DNA from: Candidatus Eiseniibacteriota bacterium
Lineage (GTDB): Bacteria > Eisenbacteria > RBG-16-71-46 > CAVPCR01
Length of the DNA: 64,000 nt
Reading direction: 5' to 3'
Assembly (NCBI GenBank): GCA_963823555.1
Contig: CAWGMA010000002.1
Span: forward strand, 96,001 to 160,000
Shown one piece after another: positions 10,763-19,857 of the stretch. Under the pieces are notes generated by a model. That model searched no databases. It saw nothing but the letters and a program-made list of their open reading frames with translations, and had not been told where the DNA came from. Every line of letters begins with the position of its first letter. Position 1 is the stretch's first letter. The translations under genes were made by a program, and so were the position numbers.

Positions 10763-11992
10763 GTGGAGCGCACGGTCCCGGCCGCCAGCACGTCCTCGCG
10801 ATCGTCCCGGCTCTGGGCATCGCGACGGCGGATCGCCCTCTTTGTCGCGCTCATCCTGTTCCTGGCCGTGATGTACCGCTTTCAGATCCTGCCGACCACG
10901 GCCGATGTCCTCCTCGACTACTTCCTCTACATGTCGGCGGCGACGACGTTCACGCCGTTGCCGACGCCTCCCGTCATCATTCATGCCGCGACCAAGGCGC
11001 CGGTCGCGCTGGTGGCCGTCGTCGGGGCGCTGGGGACGGTCGTCGCCTACCTCATCGAATACGCGGTTCTGGGGCGAGTGCTGGCGATCGACCGCCTGCG
11101 CGGCATCCGCGAGAATCGGATGTACCTGCGGCTCGCTTCGCTCTTCGACCGCCTGCCCTTCATCTCCCTGACCATCGCCGCCTTTCTACCCCTGCCGGTG
11201 GATGGTGTGCGCTTGATCGCCATTGCGCGCCGCTATGATCGATTTCGCTACGCGCTGGCCGCCTTCATCGGCCGCGTCCCGCGCTATGCCCTGATCGCCG
11301 GGCTGGGGTATGGCCTCCGCTTCGTGCTCCCGCTCGGTGCCGCCGCCGAGGAGCAACCTGCCCTCCCGGAGATGACAGCCGCGAGCACCGCGGACTCGCA
11401 TCTCGCGGCGAGCCTGACCCGACTCGATGCGGCGCTGGCCAAGCTCGAGGATGCCCACGGGCGTTTCCATCAGGAACGCTGGTCGCCGGCCTTTGCCGAT
11501 CCCGAACGGTCGAGCGGGGAGCTCTGGTTCCGCCGGCCGGGCGACCTGGTCCTTCGCTACCGCGAGCCCGAGTCCCAGGAGATGTACATCGATTCGGCCG
11601 GGGTCTGGATCTACCTCGTCAAGCAGAAGCAGGCGCAGCGGTATCCGTTCGAGAACGAAGCGCAGCGCGATGCCGCGCTGGCCGTGCTCTGGCAGCCTTC
11701 CACCGTGCTGAGTCGCCGCTACGATCTCGCGCGGAGTCCGACCCCGCCCGCCGGCGAGAAGGGAGGCGATTGGCTCCGTCTCACGCCGCATGACGAGAGG
11801 ATCGCCGAGGTCGTCACGGCGGTGCACCTGCGCCTGGCCGCCAAGACTGGACTCTCCGATTGCATCCTCGTCGAGCAGCAGGACGGGCAGCGGGCGCGGC
11901 TCGAGATCGACTCGATCGAGCGCAATCCGGGGTTGCCCGCCCACCGCTTTCGCTTCCAGCCCCCACCGGACGTCGAGGTCGTGCGCTTCTAG
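10763..11992 (+). CDS. VTT/DedA (YqaA-like) membrane domain fused to a LolA-like carrier domain
   Basis: N-half FTPLPT..GALGTVVAY..AAFLPLP..FIGRVPRY. C-half GELWFRRPG..YREPESQ..VWIY..Q..NPGLPAHRFRFQPPPDVEVV. Confidence 0.8.
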   Translation: MERTVPAASTSSRSSRLWASRRRIALFVALILFLAVMYRFQILPTTADVLLDYFLYMSAATTFTPLPTPPVIIHAATKAPVALVAVVGALGTVVAYLIEYAVLGRVLAIDRLRGIRENRMYLRLASLFDRLPFISLTIAAFLPLPVDGVRLIAIARRYDRFRYALAAFIGRVPRYALIAGLGYGLRFVLPLGAAAEEQPALPEMTAASTADSHLAASLTRLDAALAKLEDAHGRFHQERWSPAFADPERSSGELWFRRPGDLVLRYREPESQEMYIDSAGVWIYLVKQKQAQRYPFENEAQRDAALAVLWQPSTVLSRRYDLARSPTPPAGEKGGDWLRLTPHDERIAEVVTAVHLRLAAKTGLSDCILVEQQDGQRARLEIDSIERNPGLPAHRFRFQPPPDVEVVRF

Positions 11993-12037
11993 CCGCACGG
12001 GATTCGGCTCGACCGCTCCTGCCGGCCGGGAGCCGGG

Positions 12038-12853
12038 TCAGGCGTCGGGGCCGAGGCTCCGGTAGAACTCGGGGCGGCGATCGGCGAGGACATCGTTGTG
12101 ATCGTTGATCCTCTTCCGTTGCGCCTCGCGCACGTCGATCTCGACGGCGAACTCCTCCTCCCGGTCGGATGAGGCCCGTCCCAGCACGCGCCCTTCGGGA
12201 TCGACGACCTGGCTCGTTCCCGTGAACTCCTCTCCGGCGCCATCGGGCCTCCGCTCGGTGCCGATGCGGTTGGCGGTCACGGCGAAGATTCGATTCTCGA
12301 TCGCGCGCGCGCGCATCACCTCCTGGCAGTAGGGCATGACCAGGTTCGCGGGATGGGCGATGACCTCGGCTCCGGCAAGCGCGAGCACCCTGGTCGCCTC
12401 GGGGAAGCGCCAGTCGAAGCAGATGATGACCCCCACGCGGAGGCCGGCGGCATCCAGCACCTCGAACGGGCGATCTCCCGGGGTGAACCAGCGCCTTTCA
12501 TCCTTGAAGAGGTGGATCTTGCGATAGACCCCGAGGAGTCCTCCCGGCGAGAAGACCGCGGCGCTGTTGAAGAAGCGATGGCCATCTCGCTCGCAGATGC
12601 CCGCCACCAGGGTCGTCTTTCGCTCGCGGGCCAGAGCCTGGAAGGTGCGGGAAGTCGTGCCCTCGGGTATCGTCTCGGCGAGACCCAGAACCTCTTGCCC
12701 ATCCCGGAACACGTAGCCCGAGTGACAGAGTTCCGGGAGCACGACGAGGTCCGCGTCGAGACGGCGCACCTGGGCGACCAGGCGTTCGCGGTTCCGCTCG
12801 GCGGCGCCGAACTCGGGATGGGACTGGACGAAACCGATCCGCTTGCCGGACAT
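12038..12853 (-). CDS. carbon-nitrogen hydrolase (nitrilase family)
   Basis: VLPELCHSGY, YRKIHLF, ICFDWRFPE catalytic triad; ends DRRPEFY. Confidence 0.92.
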   Translation of the reverse strand: MSGKRIGFVQSHPEFGAAERNRERLVAQVRRLDADLVVLPELCHSGYVFRDGQEVLGLAETIPEGTTSRTFQALARERKTTLVAGICERDGHRFFNSAAVFSPGGLLGVYRKIHLFKDERRWFTPGDRPFEVLDAAGLRVGVIICFDWRFPEATRVLALAGAEVIAHPANLVMPYCQEVMRARAIENRIFAVTANRIGTERRPDGAGEEFTGTSQVVDPEGRVLGRASSDREEEFAVEIDVREAQRKRINDHNDVLADRRPEFYRSLGPDA

Positions 12854-12911
12854 GGACGGTCCTTTCTGGCTCGGCGGTGATATATCATACCCGCCGTTCC
12901 GGGAGGCCAGC

Positions 12912-13481
12912 ATGACGCATGATCCCCGTTCCAGTGATCCCCGTTCCAGTGAAGACTGGTCCGGCCCTTCCCCGCCTCACGCCACCGGGGAGTGGCCGAA
13001 GGCGGGCGCCGGATTCCCGACGGATCCCTATGCCCGCTTCCGGGCGCGAATGGTGGCCGCAGCGCGCGAGCTGGCGGGACCATGGGGCAAGGATGCCGCT
13101 GATCTCCTTCTCTTCGTTCCCGATTTGCTCATTCTCTTCGCCGGGATCGCCCGCGATTCCCGGGTGCCGCTGCGCCACAAGGCCGTGGCCACCGCCGTGA
13201 TGGCCTATGTCCTGTCCCCGGTGGATCTTCTCCCGGAGTTCCTGCTCGGCCCGCTGGGTTTTGCCGATGATCTGGTGATGGCGTTCATGGCTCTGGACCT
13301 CTTCCTCAACCGAGTCGACCCGGGTATCGTCCGGCAGCACTGGCGCGGGGAAGGGGACCTGCTCTCCTTCGCCCAGTCCGGTCTCCGGCGGGCGCGACTT
13401 CTGGTTCCGCCCCGACTCGACCGGCGCATCGCCCGATGGCTAGGAGAGAAGGAGCACCCCACCGCCCGACACGGCGGATGA
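12912..13481 (+). CDS. DUF1232/YkvA family membrane protein
   Basis: D(S)RVP..K..AYVLSPVDLLPE..GPLGFADD; GGGAGG RBS. Confidence 0.85.
   Translation: MTHDPRSSDPRSSEDWSGPSPPHATGEWPKAGAGFPTDPYARFRARMVAAARELAGPWGKDAADLLLFVPDLLILFAGIARDSRVPLRHKAVATAVMAYVLSPVDLLPEFLLGPLGFADDLVMAFMALDLFLNRVDPGIVRQHWRGEGDLLSFAQSGLRRARLLVPPRLDRRIARWLGEKEHPTARHGG
12921..12950 (+). repeat. 15-nt tandem duplication (GATCCCCGTTCCAGT x2) encoding DPRSS-DPRSS
   Basis: Exact in-frame direct repeat near the 5' end of the DUF1232 gene. Confidence 0.85.
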
Positions 13482-13512
13482 ACCCGGCCCGGGGCCGGAG
13501 CCAGCGAGGCTC

Positions 13513-13923
13513 ATGAAGATCGAGCTGAAATCGGAAGGCAAGCACGCCGTGGTCCTGGCCATCTCGGGGACGGTGGAAGGAGGCCCGGATGCTGAAGCCT
13601 TTCTTAAAGTTATCCACCAGCTCGTGGCCGAGGGGCGGCGGAACGTGCTCCTGGATCTGGCCGGGGTGAGCTGGATCAACTCCACCGGGCTCGGGGTCCT
13701 GATCGGGGGCCACGCTGCCCTCCGGCTGGTGGGGGGCACCATGAAGATCGTGCACCTGACCGAGCGGGTCGAGAGTCTCTTCGCTATCACCAAGCTACAT
13801 CTCATCTTCGATGTCTTCCGGGACGAGGTCGAGGCGCTGCGGAGCTTCCGCCCCGAAGCGCCGCCGCCAGATCCGGGTCCAAAGCCCCTGGAACGCCCGC
13901 CCGGGATCTATTCGGATGAGTAG
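13513..13923 (+). CDS. STAS-domain anti-sigma factor antagonist
   Basis: LLDLAGVSWINSTGLGVLI..ITKL..F..EVEAL. Confidence 0.9.
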   Translation: MKIELKSEGKHAVVLAISGTVEGGPDAEAFLKVIHQLVAEGRRNVLLDLAGVSWINSTGLGVLIGGHAALRLVGGTMKIVHLTERVESLFAITKLHLIFDVFRDEVEALRSFRPEAPPPDPGPKPLERPPGIYSDE

Positions 13924-13999
13924 TATCGCCGCCCGCGTCCCGGTCACCTGGATGGGTCCAGAGACCCTCTTCCACACTGGCTTATCCGAAAGAGTTACC

Positions 14000-14028
14000 T
14001 TGACTTGGAGCGATCGGTCTGGTATCTT
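14000..14028 (+). promoter_or_regulatory. sigma70-type promoter upstream of the TWG-tail gene trio
   Basis: TTGACT-N17-TATCTT with an extended TGn. Confidence 0.6.
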
Positions 14029-14305
14029 CTTCCCATGTGACGGGCATTCACCCCAGCGGTATCGGGTTCCCTGTCCGCCCTGTGGCTTCGTTCCGTGAGC
14101 AGTCTTCATTCACTGATCCGCATCCGGCGCACGGATACGGGGCCATTCGTTTCTACAGCGCATCGTTCGCCGAACGCCCGGCGGTACCCCTTGGTCACCG
14201 CGTCCGGAACCGCAGGGCCTCGGTGATGAGTTCATGATTCTCGGGTCGGCGCAGGTTTTTGCGACGATACGCGAGAGTCTGCCGTGACGCGGATGGAGGT
14301 CCTTC

Positions 14306-14992
14306 ATGAGGGGCATCACGGCTCTGGCCACCTTCGCCCTTCTTGTGGGGATGGTTGGGGTTTCGGTTGCGGAGCCCTATCTCCTGAACCTCTCGGGGAA
14401 CAACTTCTCCATCACCGAAGCCACGGCTATCGGTGGTGAGCTCGAGGTTGCCGCCCTTCTCTCACAGGTTCAGGACAACCCTCCGTTCCCACTGCCTGGC
14501 ATCCTTGACTGGAGCACCGAGTACACGGTGAGCATCCGCGAGCTGATCCTGGTCGATCCGCCCTCGAACCCGGTCAAGTCGTATTCCGGTGGCGTGATCG
14601 AACTGTGGTCGGACACGCCGCCCGACGCGCCCTGGACGCCGACCACGCCGGTTTCGAGCATTCCGGCGTACAACGCAACCCAGGTGCCGGCGACCCTGGT
14701 CGACGGCGCGGCGGTTCTCACCGGTGTCTTCACGCAGTTCGCGACGCTCTTCTTCGGCGGTCAGACCGGTTCGATCAGCGCAACGATCAACTGGACTGGC
14801 GGCTCGGAGTTCGCTGGACTGCAGGCGCTCGGCATCGAGAACGACTGGCACTGGAACGGCTGGTTCAACATTGGCGCACCGGTGCCTCCAGGCTATTTGC
14901 GCCTCTATGGTGGCAAGCTGGAGCGCGAGACTCCGGTGGCGGTTGAGCCCGCGACCTGGGGCGAGATCAAGAACCTCCTGCGGGCCCAATAG
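14306..14992 (+). CDS. secreted protein, paralog 1, C-terminal PVAVEPATWGEIKNLL tail
   Basis: Sec signal peptide, GGAGG RBS, and EYT / YSGG / VPATLVDG motifs shared with the next two genes. Confidence 0.85.
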   Translation: MRGITALATFALLVGMVGVSVAEPYLLNLSGNNFSITEATAIGGELEVAALLSQVQDNPPFPLPGILDWSTEYTVSIRELILVDPPSNPVKSYSGGVIELWSDTPPDAPWTPTTPVSSIPAYNATQVPATLVDGAAVLTGVFTQFATLFFGGQTGSISATINWTGGSEFAGLQALGIENDWHWNGWFNIGAPVPPGYLRLYGGKLERETPVAVEPATWGEIKNLLRAQ

Positions 14993-15104
14993 GCTGGCAG
15001 GTGTCGTTGCTTCGAAACTGACAGCGGCCGGTTCTCATTCCGGAGAATGGCTGCAGACCGGAAAAGAAACTGAAAAGCACAACTTTGGCACCGGAGGTGT
15101 CTCA

Positions 15105-15764
15105 ATGAAGCACGGCGCAGTGGCTCTCCTGGTTGGCTTGATCGCGTTGGCTCCTCTGGGGGCGAATGCGGCCAGCCTCATCGACTTCGTAGGGTACTCC
15201 TACGAGACGGGAGCCTTTCCTCCGTCCAATCCCGGTGATCAGCTGAACCTCGTCGCCACCGTCGACGGGTTGACCCTTCCGCTGTCCTGGGATCCTCTTG
15301 CCTACGAATACACGATGCACCTCAGCAACCTGGTCTCCCAGGGCGAGCAGCATCCCGACCCGAACAACATCGTCATCCAGTACACGGGCGGTGCGTTCGA
15401 TCTCTTCGAGGACAGCTCATTCAATGCCAGCGGGCCGGGCTCCTATGGAGTCAATCCGCCCAACGCGAACGTCCCGGCATTCTTCATCGATGGCACGCAC
15501 TACCTCGGCGGCGACCTGACTGCGTTCACGATCTTCTACAACACGCAGTTCAACTCGGGCGCTTTCGAGGCCAACGTCGCCTTCATGGACGGTGCCCATT
15601 ACGGTGAGCTCGGCCCCCAGACCACCGGCTATACCTTCGGCGGTGTCTTCATCTTCGGCACCCCCTCGGGGTATGACCTCCAGTGGGATGGCCAGATCCT
15701 GCTCGATCCGGTGGCGGTCGAAGCTTCGACCTGGGGCCATGTGAAGGGGATGTTCCAGCCCTAG
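15105..15764 (+). CDS. secreted protein, paralog 2, C-terminal PVAVEASTWGHVKGMF tail
   Basis: GGAGG RBS, signal peptide MKHGAVALL..ANA, motifs EYT / YTGG / VPAFFIDG. Confidence 0.85.
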   Translation: MKHGAVALLVGLIALAPLGANAASLIDFVGYSYETGAFPPSNPGDQLNLVATVDGLTLPLSWDPLAYEYTMHLSNLVSQGEQHPDPNNIVIQYTGGAFDLFEDSSFNASGPGSYGVNPPNANVPAFFIDGTHYLGGDLTAFTIFYNTQFNSGAFEANVAFMDGAHYGELGPQTTGYTFGGVFIFGTPSGYDLQWDGQILLDPVAVEASTWGHVKGMFQP

Positions 15765-15873
15765 GCTGGGTTGTCGGGCAGAGAAGCTCGAGTAGTCGGG
15801 AAGGCCGCCCCGGTAGGTTAGTTGAGCGACCCGAGGGCGCGCCAGCGCCTGCGCAGCAGTTGTGGTGCAGGAG

Positions 15874-16596
15874 ATGTTCAGAAAGATCACCGTTGTCATG
15901 CTTCTCCTGGTCGTCGTGGCAGGATCCACGCGAGCAGCAGAGGCGTGGTCAGGGGAGGGTGCGGGCGAGGCGATTCAGCAGTTCGACCACTGGGGCTTTT
16001 CCATTGCGCCGGAGCCCCAGCGGATCGGAGATGAGCTGGAGCTCGTCTGTGTTCTCAACCCGGTGACGACCTGGGTTCCCTTGCCCCTCGATTTCTCGGC
16101 CAACGAATATACCGTGCACGTTTACGGGCTCATCCTGAAGGAGCGGATCCAGGATGGGCCCTTTGTGCAGTCGACCTATTCGCAGGGCTTCGCCGACATC
16201 TACGCCGATCCTTCCTTCAACGCGCCCTTCACCCACAACACACCGGCACCCGATGTCCCGCCCCTCGATCCGGACCAGGTGCCGGCCAGCTTCACCGACG
16301 GCGAGCTGATCGTTCGGTTCACGGTCGGCGATGTGGTCACGATCTTCTATACGACCCCGGGAATCGGCACTGTCGCCTACACGAATTCGGACCTCCGCGT
16401 GATCGGCGGCTCGGCCCGGGATCTTCTCAACGAAGAGCACATGATCGTGGGCTGGCACATGGGGGGGGGATACACGGACGAGCCCGGCACCGTGCCTCAG
16501 GGCTACGGCTACCGCTACGACACGCTGTTCCGGTGGGAGAATCCGCTGCCTGTCGAACCCGCGACGTGGGGAGGAATCAAGTCGTCGTTCAAGTGA
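15874..16596 (+). CDS. secreted protein, paralog 3, C-terminal PLPVEPATWGGIKSSFK tail
   Basis: Signal peptide MFRKITVV..TRA, motifs EYT / YSQG / VPASFTDG. Alternative GTG start at 15862. Confidence 0.82.
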   Translation: MFRKITVVMLLLVVVAGSTRAAEAWSGEGAGEAIQQFDHWGFSIAPEPQRIGDELELVCVLNPVTTWVPLPLDFSANEYTVHVYGLILKERIQDGPFVQSTYSQGFADIYADPSFNAPFTHNTPAPDVPPLDPDQVPASFTDGELIVRFTVGDVVTIFYTTPGIGTVAYTNSDLRVIGGSARDLLNEEHMIVGWHMGGGYTDEPGTVPQGYGYRYDTLFRWENPLPVEPATWGGIKSSFK

Positions 16597-16740
16597 TGGC
16601 TCTCCGCTGACGCGGTGCGAGCCGGCCGCAAGAGACAAGCGCCGCTGCCAAAGGGAACGGCCCTGGAAAGTGAACCCGGGGCCGTTCGACGTTTCTGGGA
16701 GGGTCAGGAGCTGCCGCCGGAGCGTGGGCTCCCGGCCTCA

Positions 16741-18018
16741 TCAGGGCACCAGAGCCGGGGGCGGCGCGAAGCCTGCAACTCCCAAGCGCAGCATGATGTC
16801 TCCCCCCCCCGCTCCGGTGTCGACCCAGGACACCGCCACTCGCCCGGCCGTATCCGTGGCCACCATGACGCCCTCCACCGGGCCCACGCTCCCGATGCTG
16901 AGCGGCCGGGCAGGCGAAAACGCGCTCTCACCCGGAGACAAGCTCGCGACCATGACTCGCGGCAAGCCACCTTCGGAAGAGGGTTCGCCGCGCTCGATCC
17001 AGGCGACGTGAACGCCGCCCCACGGATCCACGGCCATGGATGGGTGCTCGGCCACGGTTCCCGCAGGCGAGACCGCCAGCGCGCGGTCGAATCCGCCTGC
17101 CCTGCGTCTCCGGGCCAGCACGCGTGCTTCGGTGCCGTCCGTTTCGCTCCAGACCACCCACACGTCCTCGCCCGCGGCCGCGAGAACCGGCGCCCCGGCG
17201 AACCAACCCGCCTCTCCCTGTGAGACCGTCTCCGGCATTCCGAAGCTGCCTCCCGGGTCCAGGGCCGCGTACATGACCGCATTTCCCCGGCTCTGCGCCC
17301 GCTGCCACGCCACGTGCACCGTCCCCTCGGCGGAGCAGGCGATGTCGGGACTGAAGGCGCTCTCGCCATTTCCCGTGGCGAGATTGCGGGTCGAGTCCCA
17401 GCCAGCAGGGGTGAAGCGACGGTAGACGAGTCCGGGCTTGGTGGACTCGATCACGGACCACACCACATGCAGGCGGCCTTCGAGGTCGAGAGCTGCGGCC
17501 GGGTCGGCCACGCTACGCGCCACAGGCGAAACCGCTTCGACTTCACTGCTGATCCCGGTGGTCAAATCGAGACGAAACGTCATCACCTGCCGGGAGTCGG
17601 CTGTCTGTTCCAGCCAGACCAGATGCAGGACGCGAGCGCGATCGAGCACCGCGGCCGGTTCCGTCGATGGCGCTCCCTCCCAGCGGCCGATCGGCGTGTA
17701 GGCCGAGTCCCATCCGGTGCCGGCGAGGTAGCGGCAGCTGGCGAGTTCATGGGCGATCCCCTCGGTGTGGGGGAGGTTCTCGACCCAGATCACGAACACG
17801 GAACCCGCCGGGTCGAGGACGAGGGACCGCGGGCTCACGCGAGCCGGGCGGGACACGCCAGGGGATCGCGACACGTTCACCGGTGTCCGGAAGAAGGCCC
17901 CGCTCCCACCGGTCTGAGCGTTGCCGGCGTTCGCCCGCGTGACCAGAACCAGCACGGTGGCAACGAGCAGGATGCGGAGGAGCACGATGAACGGTCGGGG
18001 CATGCGGGGGAAAGTCAT
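16741..18018 (-). CDS. secreted repeat protein, probable beta-propeller
   Basis: Signal peptide ending ANA; repeated 'VS..S..P....D..G.(V/L)HV(A/V)W' blades. Start at 18018 or 18003. Confidence 0.72.
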   Translation of the reverse strand: MTFPRMPRPFIVLLRILLVATVLVLVTRANAGNAQTGGSGAFFRTPVNVSRSPGVSRPARVSPRSLVLDPAGSVFVIWVENLPHTEGIAHELASCRYLAGTGWDSAYTPIGRWEGAPSTEPAAVLDRARVLHLVWLEQTADSRQVMTFRLDLTTGISSEVEAVSPVARSVADPAAALDLEGRLHVVWSVIESTKPGLVYRRFTPAGWDSTRNLATGNGESAFSPDIACSAEGTVHVAWQRAQSRGNAVMYAALDPGGSFGMPETVSQGEAGWFAGAPVLAAAGEDVWVVWSETDGTEARVLARRRRAGGFDRALAVSPAGTVAEHPSMAVDPWGGVHVAWIERGEPSSEGGLPRVMVASLSPGESAFSPARPLSIGSVGPVEGVMVATDTAGRVAVSWVDTGAGGGDIMLRLGVAGFAPPPALVP

Positions 18019-18149
18019 GCTGTTCCGAGGATCATCGCAGGATCGTCCAGGAGCGAATTGAGGTGACTGGCGGCTGCAGTACCCGTGGATTCCGGACTGT
18101 AGCACGGGGCGGAGGAGGCCGAGAGCGGGAAGATGGCAGGCAGCGACCG

Positions 18150-19736
18150 TCAGGCTGCGGGGCGATTCTCGTCCACCGTGTCGCTCGGATCCGAACCTTC
18201 CGCTTCGCCGGCGGGCCCGGGCTGGCCGAGACCGGGGAGCGCACGGATCAGCGCGCCGCTGACCGGTTCGCGCAGGTAGAGACCTGACTGGCGGAAGGGA
18301 AGCCAGAGGAGTGTCGAGGTCGCTGTCTCCACACGTCCAGTGTCGAGGAGACGGGCGAATGTCTTGGCATCCGTGCTGGCCAGGGATCCCACGAAGACCC
18401 ACGCCAGGCGAGCGGCGTCTTCCCGGCTCAGGGTCACGCCGGGAATGACGAGGCCGGACTCGGCGGCCTGCCGTCGATCCAGGATCTCCGTCCCCGGCGC
18501 CGCGGTCTCGTATCCCGGGTGGGCCTTGGTCAGGTGAACGCCGAGATGACTCAGGCGCTCCACCTGTCTGGCTTCGAATGCCGGCACGTAGACGGTCAGG
18601 AACTGGTCGATGCCGTCCGGCGAGGCAGGGGTGGGCGGGATGCCAGCCAGCGGGCCGACGCCACGGGTGATCACTTCCAGACGCCAGAACGGGAGATAGG
18701 TGGATCCCGGTCCCGCGGCCTTGGTGTCGGCGACCAGCGTCTTCACCTCACGCAGAGCCTCGCCCGTCACTTCCCACGCCTTGCCGCAAGAAGTACAGTG
18801 GTGGACGGTGACATCCGGCTCCAGGTCGAGATCGTCTGAGCAGCCCGGGCAAAGGCGAGGCAGGAAGAGGCCGGTCGATCGGCCGCCCGGTGACTCCGGC
18901 GCCGTCTCCGGCTGGGCTCCGGCCGGCATCCGGTCCACGCTCGGTTCGCTGCGGGTTGTGGGTGCCGGGGAGGCATCGCGGTGCGCGATGACCTCGCCGA
19001 GCACACCGTCGACGATCACCTCCCGCGCCTCGTCACGGAAGCGGTAATCGAGGCAGAAGAACGGGAGGTAGACGAGCAGGAGCTCCTCGCCGACGAACGA
19101 CATCCGGCGCCGGACCACCGGCGTGTTGCGCGGGACTGAGCGGCCCTCGACCTCAGCCAGCGCGAAGTTGCGGGCGAGCTCGGAGTCGACGGTCACCGGC
19201 TCGACCTGTGCGCCCGTCGCCACCTGTGCGGTCAGCGGATAGGCGGTGAGAATGCCCGGGCGAGGCGGCAGATCATCGGGACTCAGAGAGGCCGTGGATG
19301 CCGGGATCAGGAGATCGAAGCTCTGCACGCGCAGATCCCTGAACTCATCGGCGCTGCTCCCGGGCAGCGAGTGGCGCCGACCGGCAATCCACTGGAACGT
19401 CTTGGCGCGGTAGCGCCAGTAGGGGAGGAGCAGCCAGCGCCCGTCACCGACCTGGGTGGCGCGGTGGGCGCCGCTGCGCAGGAAGCCACGGGCCTGGCGG
19501 CGGGCCTCGAGGGCGTCGATGAGCGGGGCCACGACGGCCGCGAAGGGAAATCTGCGGCGAGCCAAGAGGTAGCGCTCGTTGCAGTCGGCGCAGGTGGCGG
19601 CCGCCGCCCCCTCTTCGATGGCAAGCCAGGCCTGACAGAGAGGACAGCTGGCGATCAGCTTCAGATCGAGCCCGGTTCGCGTGCCGGGCCGTGGCCGCTC
19701 TTCCCGCCGGATTCTCATGTTCCCTTGATCGGCCAT
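18150..19736 (-). CDS. multi zinc-ribbon hypothetical protein
   Basis: CPLC/CADC and CPGC/CTSC pairs, and recurring (Y/L)LP(F/Y)W motifs. Divergent from the NtrC-type gene. Confidence 0.72.
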   Translation of the reverse strand: MADQGNMRIRREERPRPGTRTGLDLKLIASCPLCQAWLAIEEGAAAATCADCNERYLLARRRFPFAAVVAPLIDALEARRQARGFLRSGAHRATQVGDGRWLLLPYWRYRAKTFQWIAGRRHSLPGSSADEFRDLRVQSFDLLIPASTASLSPDDLPPRPGILTAYPLTAQVATGAQVEPVTVDSELARNFALAEVEGRSVPRNTPVVRRRMSFVGEELLLVYLPFFCLDYRFRDEAREVIVDGVLGEVIAHRDASPAPTTRSEPSVDRMPAGAQPETAPESPGGRSTGLFLPRLCPGCSDDLDLEPDVTVHHCTSCGKAWEVTGEALREVKTLVADTKAAGPGSTYLPFWRLEVITRGVGPLAGIPPTPASPDGIDQFLTVYVPAFEARQVERLSHLGVHLTKAHPGYETAAPGTEILDRRQAAESGLVIPGVTLSREDAARLAWVFVGSLASTDAKTFARLLDTGRVETATSTLLWLPFRQSGLYLREPVSGALIRALPGLGQPGPAGEAEGSDPSDTVDENRPAA

Positions 19737-19822
19737 TTGCCCCCGCGGCTTGAGGGGAGGGTGGCCTGGCGCTCGGCTCCCCGGCCTTCTTCTTCAGCGA
19801 CAAGCCGTTGGCGGGGCCTGGT

Positions 19823-19851
19823 TTGACCCGCTGCTGGGGGTTCCGTAGGAT
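19823..19851 (+). promoter_or_regulatory. sigma70-type promoter, leaderless, for the NtrC-type regulator
   Basis: TTGACC-N17-TAGGAT-N6-ATG. Confidence 0.65.
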
Positions 19852-19857
19852 AACGCC

